NCBI GenBank assembly: GCA_010093705.1
Contig: MU006101.1
Location: 1 to 64,000, forward strand
Length of the DNA: 64,000 nucleotides
Reading direction: 5' to 3'
Origin: Patellaria atrata CBS 101060
Taxonomy: Eukaryota
Below, piece after piece: positions 1 to 12,978 of the stretch (position 1 is the stretch's first letter; each line of letters starts with the position of its first letter). The position numbers were made by a program, and so were the translations under genes. The notes under the pieces were generated by a model. It was not told where the DNA came from and made no database searches. It saw nothing but the letters and a program-made list of their open reading frames with translations.

Positions 1-769
1 AAGAGAAGAGTCTGAAGGCAGGTTTGAGGAAAATATTACTGGCTGATCTTCGGATGCAGGGCGCGCTCATACCACTAGGCTCTAGCCTGTTACATCTTTA
101 TACCTAAAGCTAGTCCTCGGCAGTAAAGGATGATGCTTCTTGATGTCTGGACTGGGAACCCTAATACAAGTGTCGTCGTGACAGATATGCATTGATGAAT
201 TCAACGGTTTGTCTTATTATACCGCGTTGAGATCAAGCCCCTTTCTCCTTTTAAGTACCAGCCTTATCACCGATACTGAGATATACAGTAGTTGGCCCTG
301 ATTCGAGATCCACCCAACCATACCTCAATCGTACTCCACATACTGTGTTTTTCGGCTGGTAGATATTTATAGGTTCCTCGTTCATTCGAACATCGGTGTA
401 GCCTAGGTAATACAGTGGACGAAATCAGGTTGAGGATTTCAGACCGTGCGAGAGCGGGAGTGAACTTGGTTGCGCTGGTGGTGATGATGTAGGATCGAAG
501 TCGACATGGGAGGGACGCATGGAAGGGAAAAGAGTTGGGATAGCATCGTAAGGTAATACTTTAGCATATCTGTAGTCTATAAGTCTCGGGGGAATTGTTG
601 GCTTGATAAGCTATGTGATGTTTGGGCATGGGTGTAAATAATGGGAAGGGGTCACCAACATTATAGACAAGTCGCTTCACATGGTGCAAATAGCTTCACG
701 AGAGAAAGACAGTGCGTTTAACTATAATAGAGTGGATATGAACGCTCTAAGTTACAAAGAAAAATCCAA

Positions 770-1372
770 TCACTCAGCCCCGTACCCCATAGCCAGATCT
801 TGTGGTACACACGGCTCATTCTCTCCGTTTTGTATTTTCTTTGACGCAGCGACAAAAGCAGCAACAAGTTCTTTTTTTGGTCCACGCTTTTTGAGAACCC
901 CCTTTATGAAGTCAAAAAGTTGATCCCTACCGGGGATTTTGTTTCCTTTTGCTAAGTAGCTGTTCAATTCTAGGATTGCAATTCTTAGGAACCCGTACCA
1001 ATCTTCAGTCGGTAATTGCTCGAGAGCACCGCCTTCCTTGGCCGTTCCTTTCCAGTATAGCTTTGTGGAATTATCTTGATCGGCGGCGAGAAAGTAATTT
1101 TTCCTCACCCAGTGCGAATATAGTGCATTCGAACCTTCAATTGTTTGACCTTTAGGCGTCCGAAGGATGAGTTTGAATAATTCTAGGTCGTTTCGGCATG
1201 GTGCGCTTTTCGATATTCGCTCTGCTGAGCCCAGCCGCGAGTTGGCCGCTGAGAGCATTGCAATCCATGTGTTCGTATCTGGCGCCCACTCATATCCTTG
1301 CTCCTGACATGGAGTTGCTGTTTTAACATTTTGTTTAAGATCTTGAGTGAGACTGGTAACTTGAGAAGGCAT
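770..1372 (-). CDS. Hypothetical 200-aa protein; C-terminal part resembles a degenerate integrase zinc-binding (H2C2-like) domain
   Basis: Intronless ORF. LPTEDWYGFLRIA...GRDQLF...PKKELVAAFV resembles the GRDKT...PKELIARFV pattern but lacks the His/Cys ligands. Confidence 0.45.
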   Translation of the reverse strand: MPSQVTSLTQDLKQNVKTATPCQEQGYEWAPDTNTWIAMLSAANSRLGSAERISKSAPCRNDLELFKLILRTPKGQTIEGSNALYSHWVRKNYFLAADQDNSTKLYWKGTAKEGGALEQLPTEDWYGFLRIAILELNSYLAKGNKIPGRDQLFDFIKGVLKKRGPKKELVAAFVAASKKIQNGENEPCVPQDLAMGYGAE

Positions 1373-3340
1373 CTTGTGGTAGGGCGTAGAGACAGAGGTT
1401 TAGGGTATTTGAAAATGATTTAGAAGTTCAGGTATTTCGAAAGAGTATGAGATGGAGGATTTGGAGGGGATTCTGAGGAATAGAATATATGGGAGGAAAG
1501 AAGAGAATTTATACCCTTCGCAAACGGACCCAGAAGATTGAGAACGCAAAGATTTTTCTGGTAGAGTGGGTTATGTGTGGATTCCATGGTTCTAAGGGGG
1601 GATGTCAAAGAGAACGAATATCACCTCCGAGAGGATGACGAAACAGCCAGACATACTATACAATGTCTAGAAGTGGTAGGAGGACGCAGAAAATTTGGAG
1701 AGGCCTCTCACCAGTGCTAGCATGCCCATCTCCCATTTTACCGTGTCTTCAGAAGCATAATATTGGTGTAAACTGTGAGATCAAGTCTGCTGAGGTAAAG
1801 CATTGAGCCACGCCCCGAGTTTCCCGAACCGGACTATTAGATTATGAACGAAGGGAACAGCACAGTTTCTGGTTATTATCGTAATACCCCAAGGAGACCA
1901 AGTGAGTCAGAGTAGCGCTCCGCCGAATCCGATTCAATTCGAATAAGATTGTCTGGAGGGACTGCGGTGCACAAGTAGTTTTGTAGGGCGGACTAAAGGA
2001 ACTTATGAATAGATCCTTCATGTCCAAAAGATAGGTGTTCCAGAGCTAGACTTGTTGCGGCATCTTGTTATGTGTATCTGAATACCATATCCTCGCTTGT
2101 CGTACGTGCACGCTTGTACCGAGAAGCCTCCAACTCTGCTCCACAAGCACGCAACATGGAAGCCACCACTTCATATTGGGCAACGATGATTGAACCCTCC
2201 ATTATACGTGTAGCATCGTATCGTATAGCAACGGAGAAAGGTGAATTGAAAGGGTATGAGACAGTCGGGGGTCTCTTCGATGAATCCATGGGGTTGGTGG
2301 CCGGGACTGCCGTATCCATGCGCCGTACATTCATCGGTAACTAGAATATTCCAGAGAGAGGGATCTTCGAGCTTGAAGTAGCAACGTCTTTCCATACCCA
2401 ATATAAGGTGTGCGTTAGGACAGGTAGGGCTCGTTTTGTTGTTCCGGAGAGCGTCACAGACCGATTTTCCAGAACAAAGGTACAGTGCGTCCATGGGTGC
2501 CATGATAGAAAAGGGATACCGTCATAATTGATGACTAGAGTAATAGCTCGGGCTACCTTAGTGCATCGATTAAGACAGGATGTAAGTCATCCTCCTTCGT
2601 CGCTGCCTGAATGCTCCTAATTATTTCATCAGTTACTCCTTCTCATAGGGCGCCTCCTCCACTCCACCGTGCGAAGACCTTTCACCCTGGTGTACGCTCC
2701 ACCTTCTACCCGACTGTTTGTCACAAACCAAATGACACTGTATATAACTATTATTCGGTTCTCCAATAAATAAGCCAAGTATTATAGGAATATGCTCAAG
2801 GACTGACAACGAAGAGAGCGAGGGACGAAAAAGAAAGTGGAGAAAGAAAGAATTTTACGAAGACTAGGAGAAACGTGTGCTCGGCTAAAGAACAATTGAA
2901 AAGAGAGATGTCCTTATCATATATAGATCTCGCGAATCTCACGGAGCCGAAGATGATAGCGAGGAGTATTGAACTCATTGATACCTAAGCCTGCTGATTA
3001 TCAAAGGGTCTCTTTTACTTCTTGCAATACAGGGGGTCAAGCTACAAACCACAAAATGACCCAGAGCTTCTGCCACAGCTATGCGTGATAATGAGGCTCA
3101 TGCAATGGGGACATGAGCTCAATCACTAGCACGTGGGACGGAAAGCATTTATACTTCCACTGACGTACCATTCAGTGAGTATCTTAAACCTTCAGAAGTC
3201 TTCATTATTATGGTCAAGACTAATACAAAGCCATGACCACCATTACATTTATCCTTTAACTCCCCCGATCCTATAGTACAAGCGAGCCACAACAATGTAA
3301 CGTTCCAACGCAACGGAGAGACCTCTCCGCTGAACCTATC

Positions 3341-4311
3341 TTATACAGGCAGGTTGAATTTTTTACCCTGTAGTACCCTTGATGTACTAAGTCAGCAAGA
3401 AAGCCAATAAGGGACGAACGGGCATGAATGATACTTTGAGACTCCCATAATCGGGAGTACAAACTGGTATGTCAAAGGTTGTCCACAAAGAAAATCAATT
3501 ACTAACTTTGTATAGTAGATCCAAAAGAAGTCAGAGTAAAGAATAGTTTGAATAATCCCGGCAATTACAGCGATTGGATCAAAGTGGCCCTCGGCAAAAT
3601 ATCTGTAAAGCCAGTTCGGAATGTACAAAGCACGATATGCCCCGAGAGCGAAGAGATAATGCGTTGTTATGGTCTCTGCCTCACCTGTCCGCTGCAACAT
3701 GAATAGTTGTGGTAGGATAGCGACCGATTCAAGCCAGATTGAAAAAGCCCATAGCATCTACGCGACGTCAATCATCACAAACTTTTCCACGAGAGGCCAA
3801 CGAATGTCTACCTCGGTGAACGTGTATCGATATGGGAAGATAATCCCTAATACCGCGCTAGCTCCAAGGAGGTACTGGACCTTGAAAGTATCGAGGTTCG
3901 GGTCGTTCGTCGGCTTGTAGTCGTTGAGCATCAGATAAACCGTATATGCTGAGGTCGCGATAAAGATTATTTTGAAGATCGTGTTGTACAGACTCAATGG
4001 ATTATAGAAGGTCCATAACAGGTCGAGGTATCGAGTGACGTAAACGAGGAGGTAGAGAAATTGAGACTTGAAAGATATCCCTGACGCGCTCTGAGATACG
4101 ATTAGCAACACGTTGCGGCAACAAGGATTCGCAACCACGGACGCTTGTCGTCTTCATTTTGTGCAGTAATATGAGGATGGATATCAGATGGGAAAGATCT
4201 CCTGTGGAATCGCATGTACATGTCAGCTACTGAGATCTAGGATACAGCAGTATTTCGTATGCGCGTCAGCATTATAAAGCTCATACCCAGCAATCTGAAG
4301 ATATTCATCAT
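3341..4311 (-). CDS. ERD2: ER lumen protein-retaining (HDEL/KDEL) receptor, multi-exon
   Basis: Spliced frame [28 protein letters not shown]...[22 protein letters not shown]...[42 protein letters not shown]...[11 protein letters not shown]; stop TAA at 3341-3343. Confidence 0.95.
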
Positions 4312-4880
4312 TGCCTATTAATCCAGCAATAGTTCGAGATTCTCATGCAACGCCCCGACGTGGTTGAGCTCAAGGTATGGAGAGGTTCAAAGGAATTGAG
4401 GTCTTTCAACTCTACAAAAACGCAAAAGTCGGAGTGAACACGAGTCAAATTAAACTATTTCTATCATAAATATCTAGGTCTCAATGGTCTGCCGTACCGA
4501 ATATCATCCCTCTCACGCCCCTCCCCAAACATCAGAAGATTGTGATAATTTTGACATTTCACCCCTCAAATTTGGTATATGCGACCGCCGTCCAGTTTTC
4601 CCTTGACTCTTAGTTTTGACCTTTTTTTTGCCCATTGTTCGGCTGAGGTTAAACCGTTTTTAGAGGTTTACACTAAGCACCGGAAAGACTTCTATGGCAC
4701 GAGAGTATCTAAACGAGCGGATTTATTTGGGATGGTGCCGCTCGAGACATCCTCAAAAATTTCCTTCCAGTAACAGTCTTGGATTCAGATGAATAGCACC
4801 ACGGTAAAGAAACTCAGTTATTGGGTGGTGGAGAAGTCCTCAGTCTAAATACCAATACCTTTCTCCACTCGATCATCACC

Positions 4881-7100
4881 ATGACTTGGAAAAGCATACT
4901 ACGTCCGATCCGTGATCATGTGCGGCATATATGGTCTCCGGAAGAAAACCTTCCTCCGATTGATTTCTCACGGCAACGGAAAGATTCTCTCAAGGGGTTT
5001 GCATATCTGGAAAGTTTCGAACAAATAGATTCCTGGAGGCCGGAAGATGTCGATCCCATCCAGCGTGCTAATACACCGATCTTACCTCGAGCTTCATCTG
5101 ACTCTGCTGACGGTCCATGTAAAGCAAAGCTGATGCTCTGTCACGATTACGGTGGAAATTATCATGACTATGAAGCTACACAGGGTGGTATCGTTTCTGA
5201 GCAAGATTATTCCTGTGAATATCTCCTCTATGTCGATTTTTTTGTCTACTTTTCTCATAAATTAGTCTGTATACCACCTCCGACCTGGACGAATACCTTA
5301 CACCGAAATGGCGTGAAGTCACTTGGTACATTCATGATTGAACATGGTGGCCATCCTATTGAGCGAATGTTAGAAACTGAAAACGACGGGACTGGAGAAG
5401 GATCAAGCTACTATATTGCTAAGAAGCTTTCTCAAATGGCAAAAATTTATGGATTCGATGGGTGGTTAATCAACATAGAAAGACATTTCCCGAAAAATAA
5501 ATGGGACCCTCGGAAGCTTGTGGGGTTTCTCAGTCAACTTAGATCCCAGGGCGAGACAGTGATCTGGTTAGTCTACTCAATTACGAAGCTCGATGGTGTT
5601 TCGCCTGTCTAAGGGGCATTGTTCTGTATAACAATATGAACATTTTGACTGACCAACTTCCCCAGGTATGACGCGCTTACTGTAACTAATAAAGTTGATT
5701 ATCAAAATGGCATTACGTTACAGAATCTCTCACTTGCTAGAGCAGCTGGTGAGTGCTTGACCAATTATCACTGGCAAGAAAGTGATGTTCTGGATTCGCG
5801 ACTTTTTGTTGAACAGAACCAGTTAGGGCCGGATCATGTCTTTTTCGGAATTGACGTATGGGCTCAAAATAAAAAATTTCATGGTCCAAAACGAATAACA
5901 TATCCTGAAAAGGACGGTGGGGGCACGAATACAGGTGTAGCTGTAGCGAAACTTGGCGAAATAGGGCTCTCCGCTGGGATATTTGCACCAGCTTGGGCGT
6001 TTGAGCATTTCCATGGCCAAATAGCTAGCTCCGTGGATCGGTCAATGTGGCAAGGTGATCGGTTACCGAAAACTTTGGCGTGTGATTGTGGGGTTGATAA
6101 TCAGCACGATACCGCTTCGTATATCAATTATCCAATTACCAAATATGCTCGAGAACATCCCGCTGGTTCGGAAACTTACTTTTACACCGATTTCAACAGA
6201 GCCTTTAGGGTGTATAGTAAAGGAAATATTTCTTCAGAGCAGACGCTATATTCTCAACTAGGCGCGCAGGCAATACTGCCATATCTACGCCGACAAACGT
6301 TCGATAACGACGGACATTTTCAGCTAAACAATCTCCGTGGTGAACTCAGCGACCACCCACCAAAGTTGACTATTGCTTTATGGATCAGTCCGACTTCGGC
6401 TCGTCATAACAGATATTCTGAGGAGATTTTATATTTGCCCCTTTTCAAGTTGAGCATGGTTGCTGATGGTTGCCTAGAAGCAAGAATAACTTCGCGAATG
6501 TTATCGATTGACGCTCAAAATGAAGTTGGAATTTACATGCGAGTCAGTAACCAGTATCAATACTATAGAATCTCGACTATGGATATGGAAACATCCTGCA
6601 TTGCAATTACAGTACGTGAACCAAAGGGGCCTATTCAGGAACCTGGTCGCCTTCAGGAACTCGGGGCCTACTGTAAAGGTTCATTCAAAAGCGATTGTGG
6701 AGGTCTCTTCGAAGTTACAGAGATATCGATCTCCCCTAAAGCAAAGATCACGGGACCATATCGTATCAACGGCATCCGCTTAGAGATCCGAGGCCATAAT
6801 GAACATCGACATCACCGACTAGTGTATACGTACGAAGGGCTTAATGGAAAGGAATCCAACCATGGATCCTTTCCAAACGGTCTTCCATTTAGCCCTACCA
6901 CAGGCCCTTTCGCATACTTCCTGGTCGAAATAGATGGCATTACTAGCGGTCGGGTGTATGCCATGGAATTTGTGATTGAGGATGTTAACCTGTTGAAGCA
7001 GATATCTACTGGCTGTCATGTGCGCATTATTGGTATAGAATTTGATGGGAGCCGCTGGGAAAGTGAAGAATGTCATATACAGTTGAAAACAAAGACATAG
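4881..7100 (+). CDS. Cytosolic endo-beta-N-acetylglucosaminidase, glycoside hydrolase family 85
   Basis: LCHDYGGNY, FVYFSHKLVCIPPPTWTNTLHRNGVKSLGTFMIE, catalytic GFDGWLINIE, TNYHW, FFGIDVW and FAPAW motifs; one intron at about 5567-5665. Confidence 0.9.
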
Positions 7101-7154
7101 TTTTATAGGAGTCCAAGCATATGTTTACCCCAAAAAAAAGTTTAGTTATGATGA

Positions 7155-7162
7155 TCACGTGA
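7155..7162. promoter_or_regulatory. Palindromic TCACGTGA E-box (Cbf1-type site) upstream of ATP15
   Basis: ATCACGTGAT about 115 bp upstream of the ATP15 ATG. Confidence 0.4.
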
Positions 7163-7275
7163 TGTTCAAAGTCCGGGCCATATCCCGCAATTGGCCGGAT
7201 CAACAGCTTGCACCTAATACAGCAGCTTCTCTCTATTATCCTAAACATCAACCATCAATCTCATCTACAAATACA

Positions 7276-7616
7276 ATGGCATTCGCGTGGAAAGCTGCCG
7301 GTCTTACGTACGCTTCTATTCCTCAAGAATTGGAATTGACTGCTTATAATGACCAGATACAATCGCTACCTAGCAATCGCCGCCCGCGTCGTGCGTCGGT
7401 CCTTGAAGGAGGAGCAACGGCTACAAGCCGAACGCAGAGGCGAGTCCGATCTCAGATTCGCAAAATGGGAGGTGAGTGGGCAAACGGGAGAGATAGTTTG
7501 AAGGGACGAAGACTGAATGAAGACTGGTGTAGAACGGCAAACAGGGCGAGCTCAAGAACCTGGCCGCTGCGAATGAGGCCGCCTTTGCGGAAAGTGCAGG
7601 AAAGGAGGGACAATGA
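7276..7616 (+). CDS. ATP15: Mitochondrial F1F0 ATP synthase epsilon subunit, 3 exons
   Basis: Spliced MAFAWKAAGLT/YNRYLAIAARVVRRSLKEEQRLQAERRGESDLRFAKWE/NGKQGELKNLAAANEAAFAESAGKEGQ*. Confidence 0.93.
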
Positions 7617-7853
7617 ACGAACAAATAGAGTTGAGAGTATGGCAATAAAAGCCTCAGGGATGGGATTGATAGAGGAAGTCGTGATTTCACGTCTGTAAAT
7701 TCTGTACGATCATGCTAGCATACAAAAGCTACATACCAATTCAAGCGAGTGCCTCTTGCTCCAAGAGCTTGTGACAACATCAACTATTCAACGATCCATT
7801 CCTAAACTTAATATAACCTGTGCGTACGATAATGTCGCATAGTCTTGATGCAC

Positions 7854-10800
7854 ATGGATCACACGATAAATCGAATGCTCTGCTCAAAGGTGTGTGGTGT
7901 GTTTACCAATTTGAGAACCACCAAGTCTCATCTGTCAACTGCGTCAGATATTTCCCATCTTCAACTTCACGGAGCATCCGACGGAAAGTCTCAGGATTGC
8001 ATATCATGGACTCAAGACCACGCTTCATCCGGGTTTACAAGTATTATTACGACTCTTTACGGACCATATAATGACCACTAATCTGTCGGTAGATGCAGTT
8101 GAAAGCATCCACAATGGACAGCTTCAACATGCTTCTATGCCGGATGAACGCGTACCAACTATCAATCTCCGTCTTCCAGTGACAAAAGACGGTAACAAGG
8201 TCTGGGATATCACAGAGAAATTTACCAGAGCTGCTGCAGGTAAACCTTTCCTCTCATGAAGTTCCACCCATGGATTTTTCACTTCACGTCACCTATATGT
8301 TTCTGATATGAAAAGACAACAATTCCACTTCTTACTCTACTTAATCGTACCCCCACTTTGAAGGTTATGTGTTAGCCTAACCTACATAGCGCTCGAGACC
8401 GGCCAGTTAATCAAGGATGAATACTTCACTCTATTTGAGTCCGTTGGGGCCCTGGAGGTTGGTAGCGGAGCTTTGTGTTACAATTTTTTTTTTTGGCAGT
8501 GTCGGTTCATCTAACACTCGAGAGTAGATCATGGATCCAAAAATGGACAGCGGTTTTCTACGCCTAGGGGAAACCCTTGAAGATGAGTACGATGTTTCAA
8601 GAGATCTGCTACCAGATGAGGTGATAGGAATCATGGACCAGTTCCTGTCTTATGAGATGGCATGGCATGAGGGCTATCCTCTTTCTCAAACCCTTTTGAC
8701 ATCACTGTACATCGAAAGGTTGCTTTGGCCGAGCCCGAAGACTTTGGATGATGCCCGGTTCATCCGGTTTGATGGTAGAGGAGCATCCGGACTAGCCCAG
8801 TCATTACTTCACACTGTCCTACGTGCATTCTGCCTTGGATTGGTCAAGTCTTGTGACCTCGTTATTCAAAGGATTGTCACGAGGGAGTACTTCGAAGAAG
8901 AAGACTTCTGTACTATGACGTATCATCGAGATCTCCTCAGTGGCTTCCCAGAGGAAGAGGTAGACACGGTGCTAGCTCAAGCCCTGCAGTGGCTCTCAGA
9001 CTCCACTCTGTTTAGGTTAGGGTTTCACCCATTCTTGAAAATTTTAGGTTTTAGTATCTGACGGTTGTGTGATTCCAGGCCAGAAAGTCTCTCAGACGAT
9101 ATGATTAGCGCAATCCGTGTCCGGTTAGATTTCAGAAAGAAATTCCTCGAGGCTATTACTCCTAGCAAACCTGCCTCGTCAACTCAGGACCTCTGGGCCG
9201 CTATGATTGACCAGCTGAAGCACTTCAATGAATCACACTCCCTTGGGAAACCAGTGCCAGAAGCATTCAGCCATAGGATACAACGACGTCTTGCAAGCAC
9301 AGTCCCCCCCCGGCCGATTGTGGACTTTACGTTTGAGGAAGCAATAGAGAAATTGATTCTCACATGTAGTCACTGTCAAGAAACAAGCCGTCTCGCAAAA
9401 TGTCAAGTGGAGAGCTCACAAAATCTATTAGCAATAACTAGAGTATTCGGCTCTCGCAAGCCGCATCCTCTCGCATTCGCACGTGCTTACTTTTGCTCAG
9501 GCATGTTTTGCGTGGAAAGAAATGAATATGAGAATCTCCTGCGGAAAGATGTTGAGGAAATTGTCCTCCGTGATGATCCCATCATGGACCCTGTCAACTG
9601 GTCCATAGAAGCCCCTCAGAGTTCAGGTGTACCCAAGGATCCAAGGCTGGCTATGTCTCAGGTTATCGATGATTTCTGTTATAGAGCAGTTCATGATCCT
9701 CACTATGTATGTTGTGGGCCATGTAGTGCACAATTCCAAAGGCTAATATCATCTAGAGTTGCTACCTTGAGTTTTGGAGCGCTTTGTGTCAAAATCGATG
9801 TCGAATGCGCCGTATGCTGAGCCATACAATAAGGGCATTCGATGACCTTCAAGCTGAGGTGTGTTAATTCATTCCAAACAAGTTCTCTTATTAAATGACT
9901 ATTCATAGTGCGAAGTCTTTGACGAGGACCTACGTCAAGTGGCTCCTGAGATGCAAATATCTCCTCTGTCTCTGTGGTCCTATCATCAAAAACTACGGCA
10001 GATGGAGTGGGTAACTCAGTTAGGATTTGAACAAGATGTATACCTTCCAGACGAGCTAGGGGGAATGTATTGGTGGCTTGCTCGGCTGTCAGAGATACGA
10101 TCCCGTCTCCTCGAGCAGATGATACTTCCTGCTATCAAACATCGCCGTAACGCTATTGCGCAGAACAAAATAAAGATCAAGCACGCGAAAGTTGAGCAAA
10201 TGTCAGATATGCAATCCTTTATCGAGACTCTACTCCACGAAGCTCATGGCACTTCTGCCTTGGCCGATTCTTTGAGCGTTGTATGTGTACTCCATTCCGC
10301 GATCCCAAGATTATAGGTGATTTAACTTACACATGACTAGCTCTATATCGTTCTTGCGTACCATGAATTGATCCCTGCACCACCACGTCCGTATGGAGAG
10401 GCCGCTTTGCGATACGAACTGCGCATGAAGCCGTTCCTACGAATTGGTACCCCGAGCCCACCCGACTACGAAGGCTTCTGCGCCGATATGCAGCCCTGCG
10501 GCATGTATGACAACCCAGCACAACACCCTTCCATAATATTGGCGGAACTTGGGCCCCGAATCGAATCGTGGATGCAAGAGGCGAAGGCTGCTTTTACGGC
10601 GCTCAAGAAGCTTGGTCCTTCGGCTGCGAAAGCTACTGGGGTTGAGCACGCATGGAACAAGGCTGGTTTTGCCCCTTATGCGATCAAAGTATAAGAGTTA
10701 ACTTGTTGAGCAGGACGTATCCAACGTGCTGCTTTCTTGCATCGCGGTCGGTGTAACCCTCGCAGGGCTGCGCGGTACTTTTGCAAAATCAGGATATGAC

Positions 10801-10890
10801 ATGGATCCTAAACCTGTTCAAGCAATTTTACCTGAAGTAGATAAGAGATATCATGATGCCTGGGTTGTACCGAAAATAGTGAGTAGGTAA
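7854..10890 (+). CDS. MAK10: NatC N-terminal acetyltransferase auxiliary subunit Mak10/NAA35, multi-exon; start codon uncertain (7854 or 8071)
   Basis: WDITEKFTRAAA/LETGQLIKDEYFTLFESVGALE/IMDPKMDSG, EMAWHEGYPLSQTL, EEEDF, QRRLASTVPPRP, QLGFEQDVYLPDELGGMYW, LRYELRMKPF; ends DAWVVPKIVSR*. Confidence 0.92.
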
Positions 10891-11203
10891 ATGGTGGATC
10901 ACATGGAACACATGGGATATGTACCTACTACACAACTAGGCCTAGAGTGAGGACGTTTACGTCATATTAGAGCATGGCCCCGAGGCTTAAGACTTTATGT
11001 ATTCTAGCATGATACATATTACCAATAACAAATTGACCAACCCCACTCTTCGCTCAGTTCCAAACCTGAGAAAGTTTCCCGTCACTCCAAACACCTTAAC
11101 CATGCAGATATCACGTGGAATTTTTCCCTAGGCACTATGTTCTAAAAGCCGTTGATTCTCCCTAACGCCGAGTACTCCTTGAATGTCACAATGAATCAAT
11201 CCT

Positions 11204-11659
11204 CTATCCCTTAAACTTTCTCAACGAATTCTACCACAAATTAGTCTTCTCCTCGAGCACCGTAACAAAAGAGTCAGCCCGCAAATCAACTCACCTCCCG
11301 CACCTTCCTAATACTCTTTGCCGAGACGCCCTTCTCGCCCGCTTGCTTCGAGGTGATCGCTGCTTTGCGGAGGAGACTGCATGTCCAGTTAGGTTCCTGT
11401 CGCGTTATGCTGTGCAGAGTCTCTGCTCCGATATAGTACGAAGAGAGGGGAAGCACGCTTACTCTTGCAGAAAGAGCGTGTAATCAAGCCATATCTGTTA
11501 TTGTCAATGCTAGCATCGGACGAGGAGGGCTCGTGTTTGGGGAAGCGTAACGCGTGGACGTACGGCTATATCTGCGTTCTTAGAGAGCGGGCGGTTAGTG
11601 TGGGCTTTGACGATGCGCTTTACGGTTGCCCGGGGGTAGTGCGTTGTCGCGGGCGCCAT
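11204..11659 (-). CDS. Kinetochore histone-fold protein CENP-W/Wip1-like, 4 exons; absent from the ORF track
   Basis: Manual splicing gives MAPATTHYPRATVKRIVKAHTNRPLSKNADIA/IWLDYTLFLQD/LLRKAAITSKQAGEKGVSAKSIRKVRE/NSLRKFKG*, with donors GTACGT, GTAAGC and GTGAGT. Confidence 0.85.
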
Positions 11660-11744
11660 TGTTCGAGATATTGTGGTGTTGTAGAGAGGTTGTGGAGGTT
11701 TGTAGTGAGGGGACGTGTTGGGATGTCGCGAGCAAGCTTCAAGA

Positions 11745-11759
11745 TCACGTGGTCACATG
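11745..11759. promoter_or_regulatory. Tandem E-box/CDEI-like motifs (TCACGTGG, GTCACATG) upstream of the CENP-W-like gene
   Basis: GATCACGTGGTCACATG about 85 bp upstream of the ATG. Confidence 0.35.
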
Positions 11760-11903
11760 TTTTTGGAATCCGGGTTGAGTATTAGCTATCTAGACTAAAT
11801 ATGCAATCGGTGGAGTATTTGAAAGCGCTAATATGATCCTTTAACACCGTACTGTAGTCGTTTTGTGCTTTTGTAACTTGACCATGCGGATCTGCTCAAC
11901 CAA

Positions 11904-12728
11904 TTATTCCATCGAGCCACCCTCGTCTGCATTTTCAGAGTATTCTTCTGGTGCACGTCCTTCCAGACGGTAAGCCCGCTTCACATGCTCAAGGATCTCC
12001 TCGCCTTCAAGCAGCTTGAAGCTTTTCTCCAATCCTACTACCCCAATGCTCGTATTATCATACGACAGCACCTTATCCTCAGGCTGACTCCTGATAAGCG
12101 CTCTCAGCGTGTACGTGATCAGGGTAGCCTCATCCATGCTCTCAAACTCCTTGACTTGGTCTTCCAAAAAGGTACGGGCAGCCTGGCTTCTGGCTCCAAT
12201 ACTAGCAGCAACCATCTCCTGTGCGTCACCTGAGGGTTGGAACTCGAAGAGGTGAGGTCCCTTCCCGTCAACACCAGCAATCAGCAGCCCAACACCATAC
12301 GGTCGCGAGCCGGCGTGCTGTGTGTGAGTTTGGGCACGGTCACAAAGTCTCACGGAGATGTCTGCTATCGATATTGGGCGGTCATACGTCATGTGAGAAG
12401 CCATTGATTGCTGTTTCATGAAGTTTGACAGCACCCGTGCATCTGCGGCGAGCCCGGAGAGTGCGATGCCTAGGTGGGAATCAATTTGGATGATTTTCTT
12501 TTGGTAGGATGATAGCTCTTCCGCTTGTCTCTGGTCGATAGATTAGTTTGTGTTTGCAAAGAGAAGTTGGAAACGGACCTTCAGAGCAACGAGAACTGCG
12601 TGCGACTTGCTCACAGCTCCTACGACTATCGAACCCTGTCCAACAGCTGCCTGAGCATATTCGACCTGGAAGAGGCGACCTTGAGGGGAGAACGTAGTTG
12701 TATCGCTATCATAGTTATTTCGGAACAT
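11904..12728 (-). CDS. PRE5: 20S proteasome subunit alpha-6 (alpha type-1)
   Basis: [25 protein letters not shown]...LSSYQKKII...[26 protein letters not shown]...[13 protein letters not shown]; one intron. Confidence 0.95.
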
Positions 12729-12825
12729 AATGACTGTGGGAGGTTGAGTGCTGGTATTCTTGCTTTATTGATAGAAGCTACCCCCAGTGGATTGTAGATG
12801 GTAGATGGAGGCTGGCGCTGTCTTA

Positions 12826-12978
12826 CTGTATTTTCTGACCTCTTTCATTTGCGCTAATGCACAGTTGTCGCCTATGTGCCCAGGCTTGTTACTTTTTCAA
12901 GCAAAACCCACACTAGATATAGGCATCTTAGCGAAAAGTTGTGCATTAGCGCAAGGGAAAAAAGATTAGAAAATACGG
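12826..12978. mobile_element. Old MITE-like fold-back element (Tc1/mariner-pogo type ends, TA target duplication)
   Basis: TA|CTGTATTTTCT...TTGCGCTAATGCACA on the left pairs with TGTGCATTAGCGCAA...AGAAAATACGG|TA on the right; imperfect arms of about 60 bp with a 15-bp perfect core. Confidence 0.7.

Noticed and set aside
1800..3050. Short ORFs and a TGTCAC possible LTR start
   Set aside because: No recognisable domain, matching terminus or target duplication.
8006..8073. uORF ending in a TAATG stop-start overlap with MAK10
   Set aside because: A plausible intron at 8041-8092 removes the overlap and joins an upstream open frame to MAK10.
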